Counted from the first letter of the stretch, positions 33,690-45,974 are shown. The stretch: 64,000 nt of DNA from an uncultured delta proteobacterium (GCA_963789395.1 CAWBKP010000009.1:68234-132233); one strand, 5' to 3'. Numbers and translations are program-made. Notes: generated from the letters alone by a model not told the origin.

Positions 33690-35121
33690 ATGAACACCAA
33701 AAATATTATCCGGGTCTGGCTGGCGGTCGTGCTGATGGTTTTTCCGGAAATCGCAAGAGCCATTACCATCCAGGAAGAAGAAGAACTGTCCCGGGAATTC
33801 ATGATCGAAGTCAACGAACATTATGAAATCATACATGATTCGATCATTTCGGATTATATCAATCAGATCGGCGATAAAATCCTGGCGGTCGTGCCGCCGC
33901 AACCGTTTCAGTACCATTTTTATGTCATAAAGGAAGATGTCTACAATGCATTTGCCGGACCCGGGCGGTCAGATTTTTATCAACAGCGGCCTGTTTGAAG
34001 CCCTGGAGAGTGAAGATGAAATTGCCGGCATTATTGCCCATGAAATTTCTCACGTTGCCTGCCGGCATATCTCCCAACAAATTGAACAATCCAAAAAAGT
34101 GGGCATGGGCACCCTGGCCGGCGTCGCCGCCGGCATTCTGCTGGGGGCGGCAGGCGCAGGCGGCGCTGCGGCAAGCGCTGCAGCAATCGGATCCATGGCG
34201 GCGGGTCAGTCCTTCGTTCTGGCCCACAGCCGGGAAGACGAGATGCAGGCCGATCAAAGAGGCGTGGATTTTCTGACCCAGGCCGGCTACAACCCCAAAG
34301 GGACTTATGACGGCACTGACCAAAATCCGCAGCAAGCAGTGGTATGGAAAGGATCAGGTTCCCACCTACATGATGACCCACCCGGCCGTCGAAGACCGGA
34401 TACGGTTATCGTTCAGCTGGATCGAAGCCAACGCTTCAATAATCAACCAGCTTCCCCAGCATTCCCCGAATCCCTTTGACTGGACCCACACCCGACTGGT
34501 CGCCATGTTCGGACCTGAAAACGAAGCCCTGAAAGATTTCAAAGCCCAGGTCGCCCAAAGCACCGGACAATGCCATTGGCCCATTACGGCTATGGACTGA
34601 TCCTGACCCGAACGGGAAATCGAAACGCGGCAATGGATCAGTTCCGGGCAGCGCTGACCAAACGGGCCTTTGACCCAATCCTTCTCACTGAACTGGGAAG
34701 AACGTATTTTCTGGATGGCCGATATGCCGAAGCGCTCAGTATTCTGCAGGGAGCCCTGGACATCTCTCCCGATGAAACAGAGGGGCTTTTCTACACCGGG
34801 CGCTGTTTCATCGAGATGGGAAAATTTCAGGAAGCATCCCGTTTTCTGGAATCCTTGCTGCAGAACACCCCGGATTATCCCGATGCCATGTTTTATCTGG
34901 GCAGCACTTACGGCTCTTTGGGCAGGACTTCGGATGCCTGTTACTACCTTGGCCGCTATTATTATATCCGCGGGGATTATAAAAACGCGGTTGTTCAGCT
35001 TGAAAAGGCAATGGAATCGACCACGGACCCCGAGAAAAAAACGGAAATTGAAATTTTGCTGAAAGATGCTAAAAAACGACACACGCTCAAGATACGTGAA
35101 TCCGAAACGAGAAAGCGTTAG
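33690..35121 (+). CDS. M48 metalloprotease with TPR repeats (BepA/YfgC-like; frameshifted)
   Basis: signal peptide, NAFA.PGG, HEISH, SREDE.QAD, THP, C-terminal TPRs. Confidence 0.88.
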
Positions 35122-35129
35122 GTCCGGAC

Positions 35130-36665
35130 ATGAAGCCTTTTGTTTACTTGATTCAATCCGAATCCGACATGCCGTATTCCGATCTGCCGGATGAACAATA
35201 ATGACATTATTCTGCTGACCTGGAAAGCACCTTCTGATCGAAAAGACGCCATTTTTTATCCGAAAAGCACCTGGAATGAAGGACGAAACCGCCTCCTGAA
35301 AGAAGCAGTGTCCCGAAACGCCGGATATCTGTATTATATTTTTCTGGACGGAGACTGCATTGTCAAGGAAGACACGGAACTGGCCCAAGCATTGAACGTG
35401 CCGCTTTGCGGCAACCCTTTTCGAACATTTGAAAAATATCTTCTGGAATGGGAACCGGCTGTCGGATATTCCCGCTATTCCTGGCAGTACGACGAACCGG
35501 GTTCCGAGGTCAATCTCGGATATAATTTTGATGCGCTCTTTAATGCGTTTCACCGCGAAGCCATCTCCTTTCTGCTTCCGTACTACACGGGATTCGATTG
35601 CGAGTCCTGGCTGTATTCCCAGCACATTTTGAATCATCTGACGGCGCTTCTGTACAATTCCCACAGAATCCAGTTCAATGTCATCACCACCCATAATATG
35701 AACCGCAAGTCCTATGCGCGCCGGAAAAAATACTGGACCCTTCCCGCAACGTTTCTGATGAATGCCATTACATCGGATCTGAAACACCGGATGAAGATTC
35801 AGGATGCCAATTCCATTTATCCCCTGCCGGGAAAACCGGAAAAAAAAACAGGTTCTTACCGGATCCCGGAAACGTTTCTGCAGGAACACTTTAATGCAAA
35901 CCACCCGTTGATCCGGCATCGCCGCTTCGAAGCACCTGTTTGCCGGGAAACAGCCTGCCAGATATAAAACCGGCAGCAAACAGCCCCGAACCGCGGTATG
36001 CATGTCCGGCCGGTGCGCCGGCCTGGATCAGACCCATCAATCAATCCGGGAATGCCTGTTGAATCAAATCGGGGACTATGATCTGTTCATGTTTGTCCCG
36101 CGGGATGCCAACAGTCACCTGGCGGCGCTGCTGAATCCGACCGTGATTCGGATTGAAGATGATCCGCCATCTGAATGAAGGGGCATTGGTCAACGGCGTC
36201 AACTGCCGTTTGAAAACCGGGGTTCAGCCCTATCTGCAGCAGCTTTACGGCATGAAGCAATGCAACCGGCTTCGCATCGGAGCATGAAAAAGAGCACGGA
36301 ATCCGCTATGACCGCATCATTCGCTGCCGTCCGGATCTGATGTTTGTAAAACCGCTTGATAATTTATCCCTTTTGGATTTATCCTATGTCCATGTTCCGG
36401 ATTTTCACGGGTTTGACGGCATCAACGACCGGTTTGCCGTCGGCTGCCGCGGATCATATGAACATTTATATGAACAAACTGGATGAATTTCATGATTATG
36501 TAACGGACTGGTTTAAATACCGCGGCGATGCGCTTGCCGTCAGCGCGGAAATGTTCACCAGCGGGCAGCTTCGAAACCACGGCATTCCGGTTCAGGCCAT
36601 TTCCGTTCCGGTTCAACCGGGTCAGAGGCAGCAGAATCAAAAACGACATTCCAGGAGATCCGTAA
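35130..36665 (+). CDS. two-domain putative glycosyltransferase-like protein (frameshifted; second half absent from the ORF track)
   Basis: domain 1 TWNEGRN.L, YIFLDGD, FDALFNAFH; domain 2 AVCMSG, YDRIIRCRPD, GINDRFAVG read across frames. Confidence 0.55.
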
Positions 36666-36680
36666 GCAGGGAGACTTTCC

Positions 36681-37378
36681 ATGCAAAACCATTCCATATT
36701 CCATTCCGACGGACTTGAATCCGACAAGATTAACCGGCTTGTCGTCCTGCCGTTTATGAAATCCGTGGAAATTGCCATAAAAAGCATCCGGGTCCGTTTT
36801 TTCAGATCACTGATCACCACCATCAGCCTGGTTCTGGCAGTGTCGTTTCTGAGCTTTACCCGCGTGGGCGCCGATGTGGCCAACGGACTGCTGTCCACCG
36901 GCGATCCCGCGCTGCGCCAGGCCCTGATTCGCTCCGGATACGATCTGCGGCCGGAGGATGTTTCCGTTGGAAACAGCCCCAAGCAGCAGTGGATCATTGT
37001 GCTCTCGCTCCTGGTCTGCGTGGTGGGATTGTCAATGCCCAGCTCATGGCCGTTACCGAACGATTCAGGGAAATCGGCACCATGAAATGTCTGGGTGCGC
37101 TGGATCGCTTTATCCTGAGGCTTTTTCTTCTTGAGGCGGGCATTCAGGGGCTGATCGGATCCGGCGCGGGGGCGATTGCCGGCGGCGTTTTTGCCCTGAT
37201 TAATTTTTTCCTTCGATTCGGAACCGTATCCATCACCACCCTGTCCTGGACCCAGGCCGGGCTGTCCGTTGCCGGCGCCACGCTTATCGGATGCGTGCTG
37301 AGCCTTGTCGGCGTGATGTATCCGGCGATCGTTGCCGCCCGCATGCAGCCGGTTGAGGCCATGCGGGTTGAACAGTAA
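36681..37378 (+). CDS. small FtsX-like ABC permease (frameshift near 37025)
   Basis: SIRVRFFRSLIT, NAQLMAVTERFREIGTMKCLGA, YPA..AARM.PVEAMR. Confidence 0.85.
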
Positions 37379-37398
37379 CATTATCCACAGGAACTGTC

Positions 37399-38161
37399 AT
37401 GACTGATTCCAGAAAAATTGTCCGGGTTACCCATGTGACCAAATCCTTCAAGCTGGGCAAATTGGATGTTCTGGCGCTGAAAGGGGTTGACCTTGAAATC
37501 ACCGCCGGAAATTACATTTCCATCATGGGCCCGTCCGGGATCCGGGAAAAGCACCCTTTTTAACATGATCGGCGGACTGGACAAGCCCACAACCGGAAAA
37601 GTATTTATTGACGAAGTGGATATCGCCCAGCTCGATGCCTATGAACTGGCCTGGCTGAGATGCCGGAAAATCGGCTATATCTTTCAAACCTTCAACATCA
37701 TTCAGGTCATGACCGCCCTTGAAAACGTCACCCTTCCCATGACTTTTGCCGGCATGGCCGATGATGCGGCCGCGGAAAAAGGCATCAAGCTGCTGGAGAT
37801 GGTGGGTCTGGGGGATCGCTTTCAGCACAAGCCCTTTGAACTGTCCGGAGGGCAGCAGCAGCGGGTGGCCATTGCGCGCGCCCTGGCCAATGACCCGGCC
37901 ATCATTCTGGCGGATGAGCCGACGGGAAACCTGGATCTGAATACGGGTGAGGAAATCATTTACCTTCTGAAGCAGCTCAGCCGCGAGCGGGGCGTCACCA
38001 TCATCTCGGCAACCCATGACATCAAGATGCTGAATGTATCGGATCAGGTCGTCTGGATTCGGGATGGCCGGATCGACAAAATTGAAAACCGGGATGAGCT
38101 GTCCATTTCGATCGGCCAGATCGGCACCAAACCCGGACATGACACATTGAGCGAATGTTGA
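37399..38161 (+). CDS. ABC transporter ATP-binding protein, LolD/MacB-like (frameshift in Walker A)
   Basis: [43 protein letters not shown]. Confidence 0.93.
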
Positions 38162-38166
38162 CCGTA

Positions 38167-41100
38167 TGAAACACTTTCCCCAAACAATCCGGCGTTTTTG
38201 CGCTGCGTCGAAATCCTGAAAGATCCGCTCGAGGTTATGTTCCGGCGATGCATCGCCATCCGGCTTTCGGCTATTGTCCAAGCAGCTGACGCTGATGACG
38301 GGAATTGCGCTGATATGGCTGTCCAGTGCCGGAGCCGGCGATTTTGAAAGGGACATCCGGGCCTTGTCCGCATTCGAAGACAGAAGCACGGGAACTTCAG
38401 GCTGCCGGTCCGCCGCCGAATACATCCAGGAGCAGTTTCAGGAAGCGGGCTTTTCCGAGGTTGGCGTGCACCGGTATTCACTTCCGATCCTGCAGCAGGG
38501 AAAAAGCCAAATGGCGGTTCCCGATCGCGGCATGACGCTTTCCCTTCACCCGCTTCTGGGAAATGCCATTTCCCCCCAGGCCATCGATCCCCAGGGGCTG
38601 AAAGGGCCGCTCATCTATGCAGGCGCCGGCGACTTTGACCGAATTTAACGGCAAATCCATTGAAGGCGCCATTTTACTGATGGAGCTGGATTCCGGAGAA
38701 AACTGGATTCAGGCAGCCTCGCTTGGCGCCAAAGCATTGATTTATGTGGACAGGGGCCAGTCTTCAAGGGCATTGTTCGAGGACAAGCTCGAGCTTACGC
38801 CCATTCAGTTTCCCCGTTTCTGGATTTCCCTGGAGGATGCCCGCAAGTATTTCGGGGAGTTTGAAACCGCTTCAAACGGCCTGGTATTGCCCGAAATCCA
38901 GTTGAATTCCGAAGTCAGCTGGAAAGAAGTTTTCAGCGAGAATATCTACTGCCTGATCCCCGGCCGGAATGCCAATCTTCAGGAAGAATTGATGATGATC
39001 GAGGCATTTTACGACAGCACCGCCTATGTTCCGGGACTGTCTCCGGGCGCGGACGAGGCCGTCAGCATCGCCACCCTGCTTGAACTTGCCCGCAAGTTCA
39101 AGAAAACACCGCCGGAGCGCTCGGTTCTGCTGGTTGCCACCAGCGGCCATGCCCAGAGCCTGGCCGGCCTCAGGGATCTGATCTGGAGCCTCCGGGCTTC
39201 TCCCAAAGACCTTCGCAAGCAAAAGAAGCATCTTCGGGATCTGGTCAAAGATACGCGAAAAGTTCTGAATGCGCTGGATCCGAAAATGCGGGAAGGCATC
39301 GGCCGAAAATACAGAGCCGGATGCTGAAGATTCGCCCCTGGAAACACTGGTCAAAAATGCCATCAGCGATGAAATCAAGACCCGGGTCGATGAAATATCC
39401 CGGGAATTGATGCGGCTGCGGCTTGAGCAGCCGGATCAGCTGAAAACATCGGCAGTAAAAAATTCAGGAAGCTTGCCAAAGACAGGCTTATGCTTCGGCA
39501 ACTCGGCTGGAAACCCTCTTTCAAGGGACTTCCTCCGGAAGAGCAGGCTACCCTGGATCAGCTCATGCCTTCCGTCATCCGTGCACCAGAAAGCCATTCT
39601 TCGGGATGCCTCCAGTCAGACCAAGCTTCTCGACAATGCCCTCGACTTCAGATCCCTGATAAAAAGCCGGGAGCTGATGGTGGCGATTTCGCTGCATCTG
39701 TCCAGCCACGGCGATGGATTCGGGGCTTTCAGCAAGGGCTGGCTTTATCCCTTAAAGCCCAGCGCAAACCGTTCCTCTGCCTATACACTGCCCTGGATGA
39801 CGCCATGAGCCAGGCCACGCTTTCTGAAGAATCGGCCCAAAAATCTTCCTTATCCCTCTTCAGGGACACGCTAAGACCCAGCAAACTCAGAACCTGGCAG
39901 AGTTATTTCGCGGATCGGCCTTTTTTAGGCGGCGAAGTCAGCGCGCTTGCCGGTTACATCGGCGCCAGCCTGGCCACCGTCCATGACGCCCGGAATCTCT
40001 GGGGAACGCCTTATGATGTTCCGGACGCCATCGACTGGTCTTATGCCACGGAACAAAGCCGTCAGGTATGCAGCCTGATCAGCCGTGTTGCATCCGCCCC
40101 AGAACTTTACAATGAAAACCTGCCGCAAAACGGATTTTCAACGGTCAGCGGCCGCGCCAGCTTTATCCGCCATGGCGAGCTGTTTGCCGACCAGCCGGCG
40201 CCGGGTACCGTCATTCTCGCCTACCAGGGAAACGCAAGGTATTATGCAATGGTCGACGATCTGGGAACGTTTCAGATCAAGGGGGTTGCCGACAAAAGAC
40301 ATGTTCTGGACAAAGTGATCATCGAAGGTTACCGGTTTGACCCTGAAACCGGAAATGTCCTGTGGGCCATTGACAAGGAGCAGACCGGAAAAGAGGCCTA
40401 CCGCCTGAAAATGCAGCGCACCGCCATGCAGACCGATCTGATCATGTTTGCCTGCAAAGGCACCACCCTGTTCAATTTGATGGAGCCGCGCAGCTTCAGG
40501 TACATGACAAAGATCAACCTGATAGACGGCCGGCGCGAGGCCGCTCCCCTCAAATACTGGTACAGCCGGATCGATACCCGGTCTTCGGTGCTGACTATCC
40601 ATTTATCTGGAATCCGAAACCCGCCTGAAACTGACGCTCTCGGATTCGGTGCTTCACAAAAAACTGATTCTGACCCACGCAGACCCCGAACATCCCGAAG
40701 GAACGGGATATCGGATCGATGACTGGCCGATCCTTCACCGAACCGAATACCTGGCGGCCAGGGACATGTGGGCGCTTTTAAACCCGCGGATCACCAACCT
40801 TGAAAAACACGGCATTTTCAACGAACAGATCCGAAGACTTCAGCAGGAAGGACAATCCGCACTGAAAACAGCCGAACAAGCGCTGGCCGAAAGAAAATAC
40901 GACCAGTTCATTGAAGCCGTCATCGGCTTCCTGGGCGCTTGCCAGCCGGGTCTATGACGATGTCGAGCAGACGCAGAAAGACGTGCTTTTCGGGGTCCTG
41001 TTCTATATCGCCTTGTTTGTTCCGTTTGCCTTCTGCATGGAGCGGCTCCTGTTCTCATTATTCCAACATCTACAAGCGGATCATTGCCTTCAGCGTCATT

Positions 41101-43127
41101 CTGGTTCTGGTGATTGCGATCATCTACCAGGTCCACCCGGCCTTTCAACTGGCGTACAGTCCGCTTGTCGTGATCCTGGCCTTTTTCATCATCGGCCTGT
41201 CCTTCATGGTGACGCTGATCATTTTTCTGCGGTTCGAAGCAGAAATGAACCGGCTTCAGAACCGGGCAAGACCCGCATGCAACCGGGGATATCTCCCGGT
41301 GGAAAGCCTTTACGGCCTCTTTTTTCCTGGGAGTCAGCAACCTTCGGCGCCGCAGGATTCGAACGGCCCTGACCTGCGCAACGCTGATCATCCTGACCTT
41401 TACCATCATGAGCTTCACATCGGTCAAGAGCATGCGCCTTCATTCCAGAATTCAATATCAGGCCCATGCGCCTTATTCCGGTTTCATGCTGAAAAATGTG
41501 AACTGGCAGGACATTCCCCAGGAAGCGCTCCCGGTTCTGACCCATGCCTTTGATGCTTCCGGTATCATTGCGCCCCGGGTCTGGCTGGAAGATGAAGACC
41601 GGACCCGATCCGATGAAGTCCCCATCCGATATGACGGCCGCGGATTTGAAGCCCAGGGCATGATCGGACTTTCCGCCGATGAACCCGGCGTGACGGGACT
41701 TGATCAAATTCTGGTTGGCGGCAGGTGGTTCAAGCCCGAAGAGCGAGACGTGGTCCTGATTTCCGATCGCATGGCGCGGGAGCTGGGGATTTCCTTTGAA
41801 TCAGCCTGAATCCGCGGTCATTCAAATCTGGGGGGTTCCGTTTCAGGTGACCGGCATATTTTCCGGAAAACAGCTTCAGGACCGGCCCGATCTGGACGGC
41901 GAACCCCTGACACCGGCCATTTTTCCCCGTGAAGCCTCTCAGGAAATGACCGAGGTTGAGATGGATGCCATGGAATCCGGGGATGATGTCCGGTCTTATC
42001 AAAGCAGGTACCAGCATATTTCCGGAGATCTGACGCTGATTGTTCCCTCCCAGACCCTGCTGTCTTTCGGCGGCAAGCTCAAAGGCATTGCGGTCCGGCA
42101 TACAGGAGACAACGGACGCCCGAAAAGCCGCTCAGCACCTGGTCGACCGGTTCGGACTGGTGCTTTTCAGCGGCGAGCCGGATGGCGTTCATGCTGTATA
42201 ATGCCAGCGACGCCTTAAGCTACAGCGGCGTGCCCAATATCCTGATTCCGATCATCATCTCCATCTGCATCGTGCTGAACACCATGATCGGCAGCGTCTA
42301 TGAACGAAAGCGTGAAATCGCCATCTATACCTCGGTGGGACTTGCCCCGTCCCATGTCAGCTTTCTTTTTATCGCGGAAGCCATGGCGTTCGCCGTTCTG
42401 AGCGTGGTCATGGGGTATCTTCTGGCCCAGACCAGCGCCAGTCTTTTTGCCGGAACGTCGCTGTGGTCGGGAATCACCGTCAACTACTCCTCGCTTTCCG
42501 GCGTGGCCGCCATGATACTGGTCATCCTGGTGGTGCTGATATCGGCCATTTACCCCTCAAGGGTCGCCGCGGAAATCGCCATCCCCGATGTCAACCGGTC
42601 CTGGACCCTTCCCGCATCCAAAGGCAATCTTACTTGAAATCACGCTTCCGTTTCTGATGAAATACCGGGAGCACCGCAGCATCACCGGTTTTTTATACGA
42701 CTACTTCAAAAGCTACCAGGATGTCTCCCACGGACTTTTTTCCACCGGCGAAATCACCTTCAGCCAGGTTTGCCCGGTGCCGCCGGTTTCAGGAAGCACC
42801 GACTGCCTGTGAAGGGGAAAGCTGCTGCAAGGATGCCTGTATTGAAATCAACGCCCATGTCTGGCTGGCGCCGTTTGATTTCGGCATCATGCAGCAGGTA
42901 ATCCTGCGGTTTTGCCAGTCCAAGGAGGAGCCGGGTTTTCTGGAAGTCAACGTTCTGCTGGAACGCAGTCCGGCGAGTCGAATGCATGGAGACGAATCAA
43001 CAAGGCATTTCTGCATGCCATCCGCAGGCAGCTTCTGATGTGGCGGTCACTGGACCCGGCCGCCCATGACCACTACGAAAAACTGCTGGCGGATGACCCT
43101 TGGGGAAATCAGGCCGTAGTTTTCTAA
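38167..43127 (+). CDS. giant membrane protein: PA + degenerate M28 peptidase-like domain, TM block, MacB/FtsX permease, C-terminal domain (many frameshifts)
   Basis: DRSTGTSG, PA-like GPLIYAG.G, AFYDS, PGADEA, NLRRRRIRTALT, NTMIGSVYERKREIAI..SVG, WLAPFDFG; start uncertain. Confidence 0.75.
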
Positions 43128-43175
43128 GAGATGTCCGGTGTTTCTGCAAACCAATGGATGACCTGAGAGGTCGGC

Positions 43176-44825
43176 TTACACTTCCAGGAAAAACGGCAGG
43201 ATTATCGGATGCCGGTGGATGGTGAAATCAAAATATTTCCTGAGGGCCGTCTGCATTCGCGTTCGAATCAGGTCCACCCTGCCCGGTGTTCCGAGCGGGA
43301 TGTCCTCGACAACCTCCAGAATCACACATTCGGCATCTTCCAGAAGATGGCCCGTTTCGGTTTCAAACACAAACCCTCTGGAGAAGACTTCAGGGCCGTA
43401 GATCACGATGCCGGTTTCCTCGTCAAAAGCCATCGTGACCCCGACAATGCCGTCTTCGGACAGCACCCGTCTTTCTTTCAGAACGCTTTTGCCGACATCC
43501 CCGATCCCTTTCCCGTCGATCAGCGTCCTGCCGGTATCGACGCGTTCCAGCAGTCGGGCGCCATCATCGAATTCAATGGTCTGGCCGTTTTCAACCAGAA
43601 AGATATTCTCCCTTGCGATCCCCAGCTCCATGGCAAGGCGCGCATGCAGCACAAGATGCCGGTATTCCCCGTGAATGGGCACAAAATACCTGGGCCGGGT
43701 CAACTGGATCATCAGTTTCAGCTCTTCCTGAAACGCATGGCCGGACACATGAATGTTGGAAATTTTCTCATAAATGACATCGGCGCCTTTTCGAAACAGG
43801 TTGTTGATGATCTTGGCAATGGCGCGTTCATTTCCGGGAATGAATTTTGAGGAGAGGATAACCGTATCGTCCTGCTTGATCTTGATTTTTTTATGAATGC
43901 CGCTGGCCATTCTGGCCAGGGCGGACATGGGCTCTCCCTGACTGCCGGTGGTGACGATGACAATTTCATGATCCGGAAAGTTATTGATCTGGTTGATATA
44001 AATTTCCATGTCCTGCGGGATGGTGAGGTATCCCAGGTTCTTGGCGATGTGGACACTGATTTCGATGCTTTTTCCGTTAAACGCGATTTTCCGGCCTCTG
44101 GATGCCGCAATGTCAACAATCTGCTGAATCCGCACGATGCTGGATGCAAACAAGGCGATGATGATCCGCCCCCTGCTCTGCTGAGCAATGCTTGCCAGGT
44201 TGTCTCCGATCTCCCTGTCAGATGCCGTATACCCTTTTTTTTCTACATTGGTGGAATCGGAAAGCAGGGCCAGAACCCCTTCATCGCCGCACAGCGCAAA
44301 CCGCGCCACATCGGTGTTCATGCCGGGAATCGCGGAATTGCTGATCTTGAAGTCCCCGGTATGAACGACCAGCCCGACAGGCGTGTAAATGGCCAGTCCG
44401 ACGCAATCCACAACGCTGTGACTGACACGGATGAATTCTATTTCAAAAACGCCAAGCCTGATCTTATCGCCGGGAATAACGCTGTGAAGGGTCGAGTAGT
44501 GGAGGATGCCGAACTCTTCGAGCCTGTGACGGACCATGCCGAGCGTGAACGGTGTGCCGAACACCGGCACATTGATCTCCTTCAAAAGGTAGGAAAGCGC
44601 ACCGATGTGATCTTCATGCCCATGGGTCAATACGATTCCGTTCAGTCTGGATCGATTCTGTCTCAGATAGTCCATGTCGGGAATCACAAAGTCCACACCG
44701 AGCATGTGATCTTCGGGAAACATCAACCCGGCGTCCACGACAAAGAGGGAATCATCGCATTCAAAGGCCATCATGTTAAGACCGATCTCTCCCAGTCCGC
44801 CAAGAGGGATGATTTTCAAGCTCAT
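43176..44825 (-). CDS. rnj: ribonuclease J
   Basis: PLGGLGEIG.N, THGHEDHIG, HTGDFK, DSTN, GSQGEP, HVSGH, PIHGE. Confidence 0.96.
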   Translation of the reverse strand: MSLKIIPLGGLGEIGLNMMAFECDDSLFVVDAGLMFPEDHMLGVDFVIPDMDYLRQNRSRLNGIVLTHGHEDHIGALSYLLKEINVPVFGTPFTLGMVRHRLEEFGILHYSTLHSVIPGDKIRLGVFEIEFIRVSHSVVDCVGLAIYTPVGLVVHTGDFKISNSAIPGMNTDVARFALCGDEGVLALLSDSTNVEKKGYTASDREIGDNLASIAQQSRGRIIIALFASSIVRIQQIVDIAASRGRKIAFNGKSIEISVHIAKNLGYLTIPQDMEIYINQINNFPDHEIVIVTTGSQGEPMSALARMASGIHKKIKIKQDDTVILSSKFIPGNERAIAKIINNLFRKGADVIYEKISNIHVSGHAFQEELKLMIQLTRPRYFVPIHGEYRHLVLHARLAMELGIARENIFLVENGQTIEFDDGARLLERVDTGRTLIDGKGIGDVGKSVLKERRVLSEDGIVGVTMAFDEETGIVIYGPEVFSRGFVFETETGHLLEDAECVILEVVEDIPLGTPGRVDLIRTRMQTALRKYFDFTIHRHPIILPFFLEV

Positions 44826-45562
44826 GCTCCGGCCTTTCCTTTTTCGAAATTTTCCACAATAACCTCCCGGACCCGTTCCAGCAGATCGTCCTTGGTTGCC
44901 CTGGAATAATCCTTGGTTTCAATGGGTTCCAGGATTTCCACCGTCACGTTTCCGGGCCGGATCATGAGCCCGTTTTTGGACATGATCCGCCAGGTGCCGT
45001 GAATAACCACCGGAACGATCGGAACACCGGATTCCACCGCCAGGACAAAACCGCCTTTCTTAAACGCCTTGACGGATTGATCCCGGCTGCGCGTCCCTTC
45101 CGGAAAGATAAGAACCGATCTGCCGTTTCGAATGATCTGCGCAGCCCGTGCCAGACTTTCAAAGGCGGATTTGCGGTTGGAACGATCAATGCTGATATAC
45201 CCGGCCCGTTTCATGGCAAAGCCGAAAAGCGGAATGCGAAACAGTTCCGCCTTGGCCAGCCACCTGAACTGCACCTTCAAATGCGCCAGAAGCACCGGAA
45301 TATCACAATTGCTCATGTGATTGGGCATGAAAATATAGGGCTTATCGGGATCGATGTTGGAATAGCCCTTAACCGTAACATGGATTCGGCTGGCTGAAAG
45401 AATGGATTGGCCCCAGGCTCTGGCAACGATATGGGCAAGATTCCCTTTTTTGTCAAAAAAAGAAACCACAATGGCCGCGGTACCGAAAATAATGACCACT
45501 AAAACCACCCACAGGATGATCAACGCCGAACAGAGATAATAAAACAGATCGGAAACTTTCAT
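44822..45562 (-). CDS. plsC: 1-acyl-sn-glycerol-3-phosphate acyltransferase
   Basis: NHMSNCD (HxxxxD), IDR, FPEGTRS, FKKG. Confidence 0.88.
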   Translation of the reverse strand: MKVSDLFYYLCSALIILWVVLVVIIFGTAAIVVSFFDKKGNLAHIVARAWGQSILSASRIHVTVKGYSNIDPDKPYIFMPNHMSNCDIPVLLAHLKVQFRWLAKAELFRIPLFGFAMKRAGYISIDRSNRKSAFESLARAAQIIRNGRSVLIFPEGTRSRDQSVKAFKKGGFVLAVESGVPIVPVVIHGTWRIMSKNGLMIRPGNVTVEILEPIETKDYSRATKDDLLERVREVIVENFEKGKAGA

Positions 45563-45641
45563 GAATTTCTTTTACATAAACGGATTGTTTGCTTTGCCGT
45601 CTCGTTCGCATTGACGGTGGCCAGGAAAAAAGATACGGCTT

Positions 45642-45974
45642 TCAAATTGCGATTTCCAGTTGACTGCCGATGTCATCAACGGTCTGAATCAGCCAGTTGC
45701 GCTGTTCAGGTGATGCATAACCCATGCAGTCGCACCGGACTCGGTTCAGGGACCGCACCAGCAGTTCACACGACAGGGCTGTCTGGCTGAGTTCCAGGGC
45801 AAAATAAAACGGCTGGCAGCCCGCATGGTCGGCCTGAATTCCATCCAGCAGGTCCCGGGGCAGGATCAGCCAGTAAATCTCAGGGATGCCCGACTGCCGG
45901 AGATTCATATCCAGATATGCCTTTATCCGGAAATAATCATCCGGTCTCAACTGATCAATAACATATTGTTTCAT
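45642..45974 (-). CDS. hypothetical protein
   Basis: clean 110-aa ORF with Cys/His residues (H..CQP, ELLVRS...RCDC..YA). Confidence 0.6.
   Translation of the reverse strand: MKQYVIDQLRPDDYFRIKAYLDMNLRQSGIPEIYWLILPRDLLDGIQADHAGCQPFYFALELSQTALSCELLVRSLNRVRCDCMGYASPEQRNWLIQTVDDIGSQLEIAI

Noticed and set aside
34366..36003. 545-aa minus-strand ORF
   Set aside because: Antisense to the M48/TPR and GT-like genes, which carry the recognisable motifs.
10309..43127. programmed ribosomal frameshifting or mass pseudogenisation
   Set aside because: Breaks are numerous, show no common slippery motif and hit essential genes; assembly error is more parsimonious.
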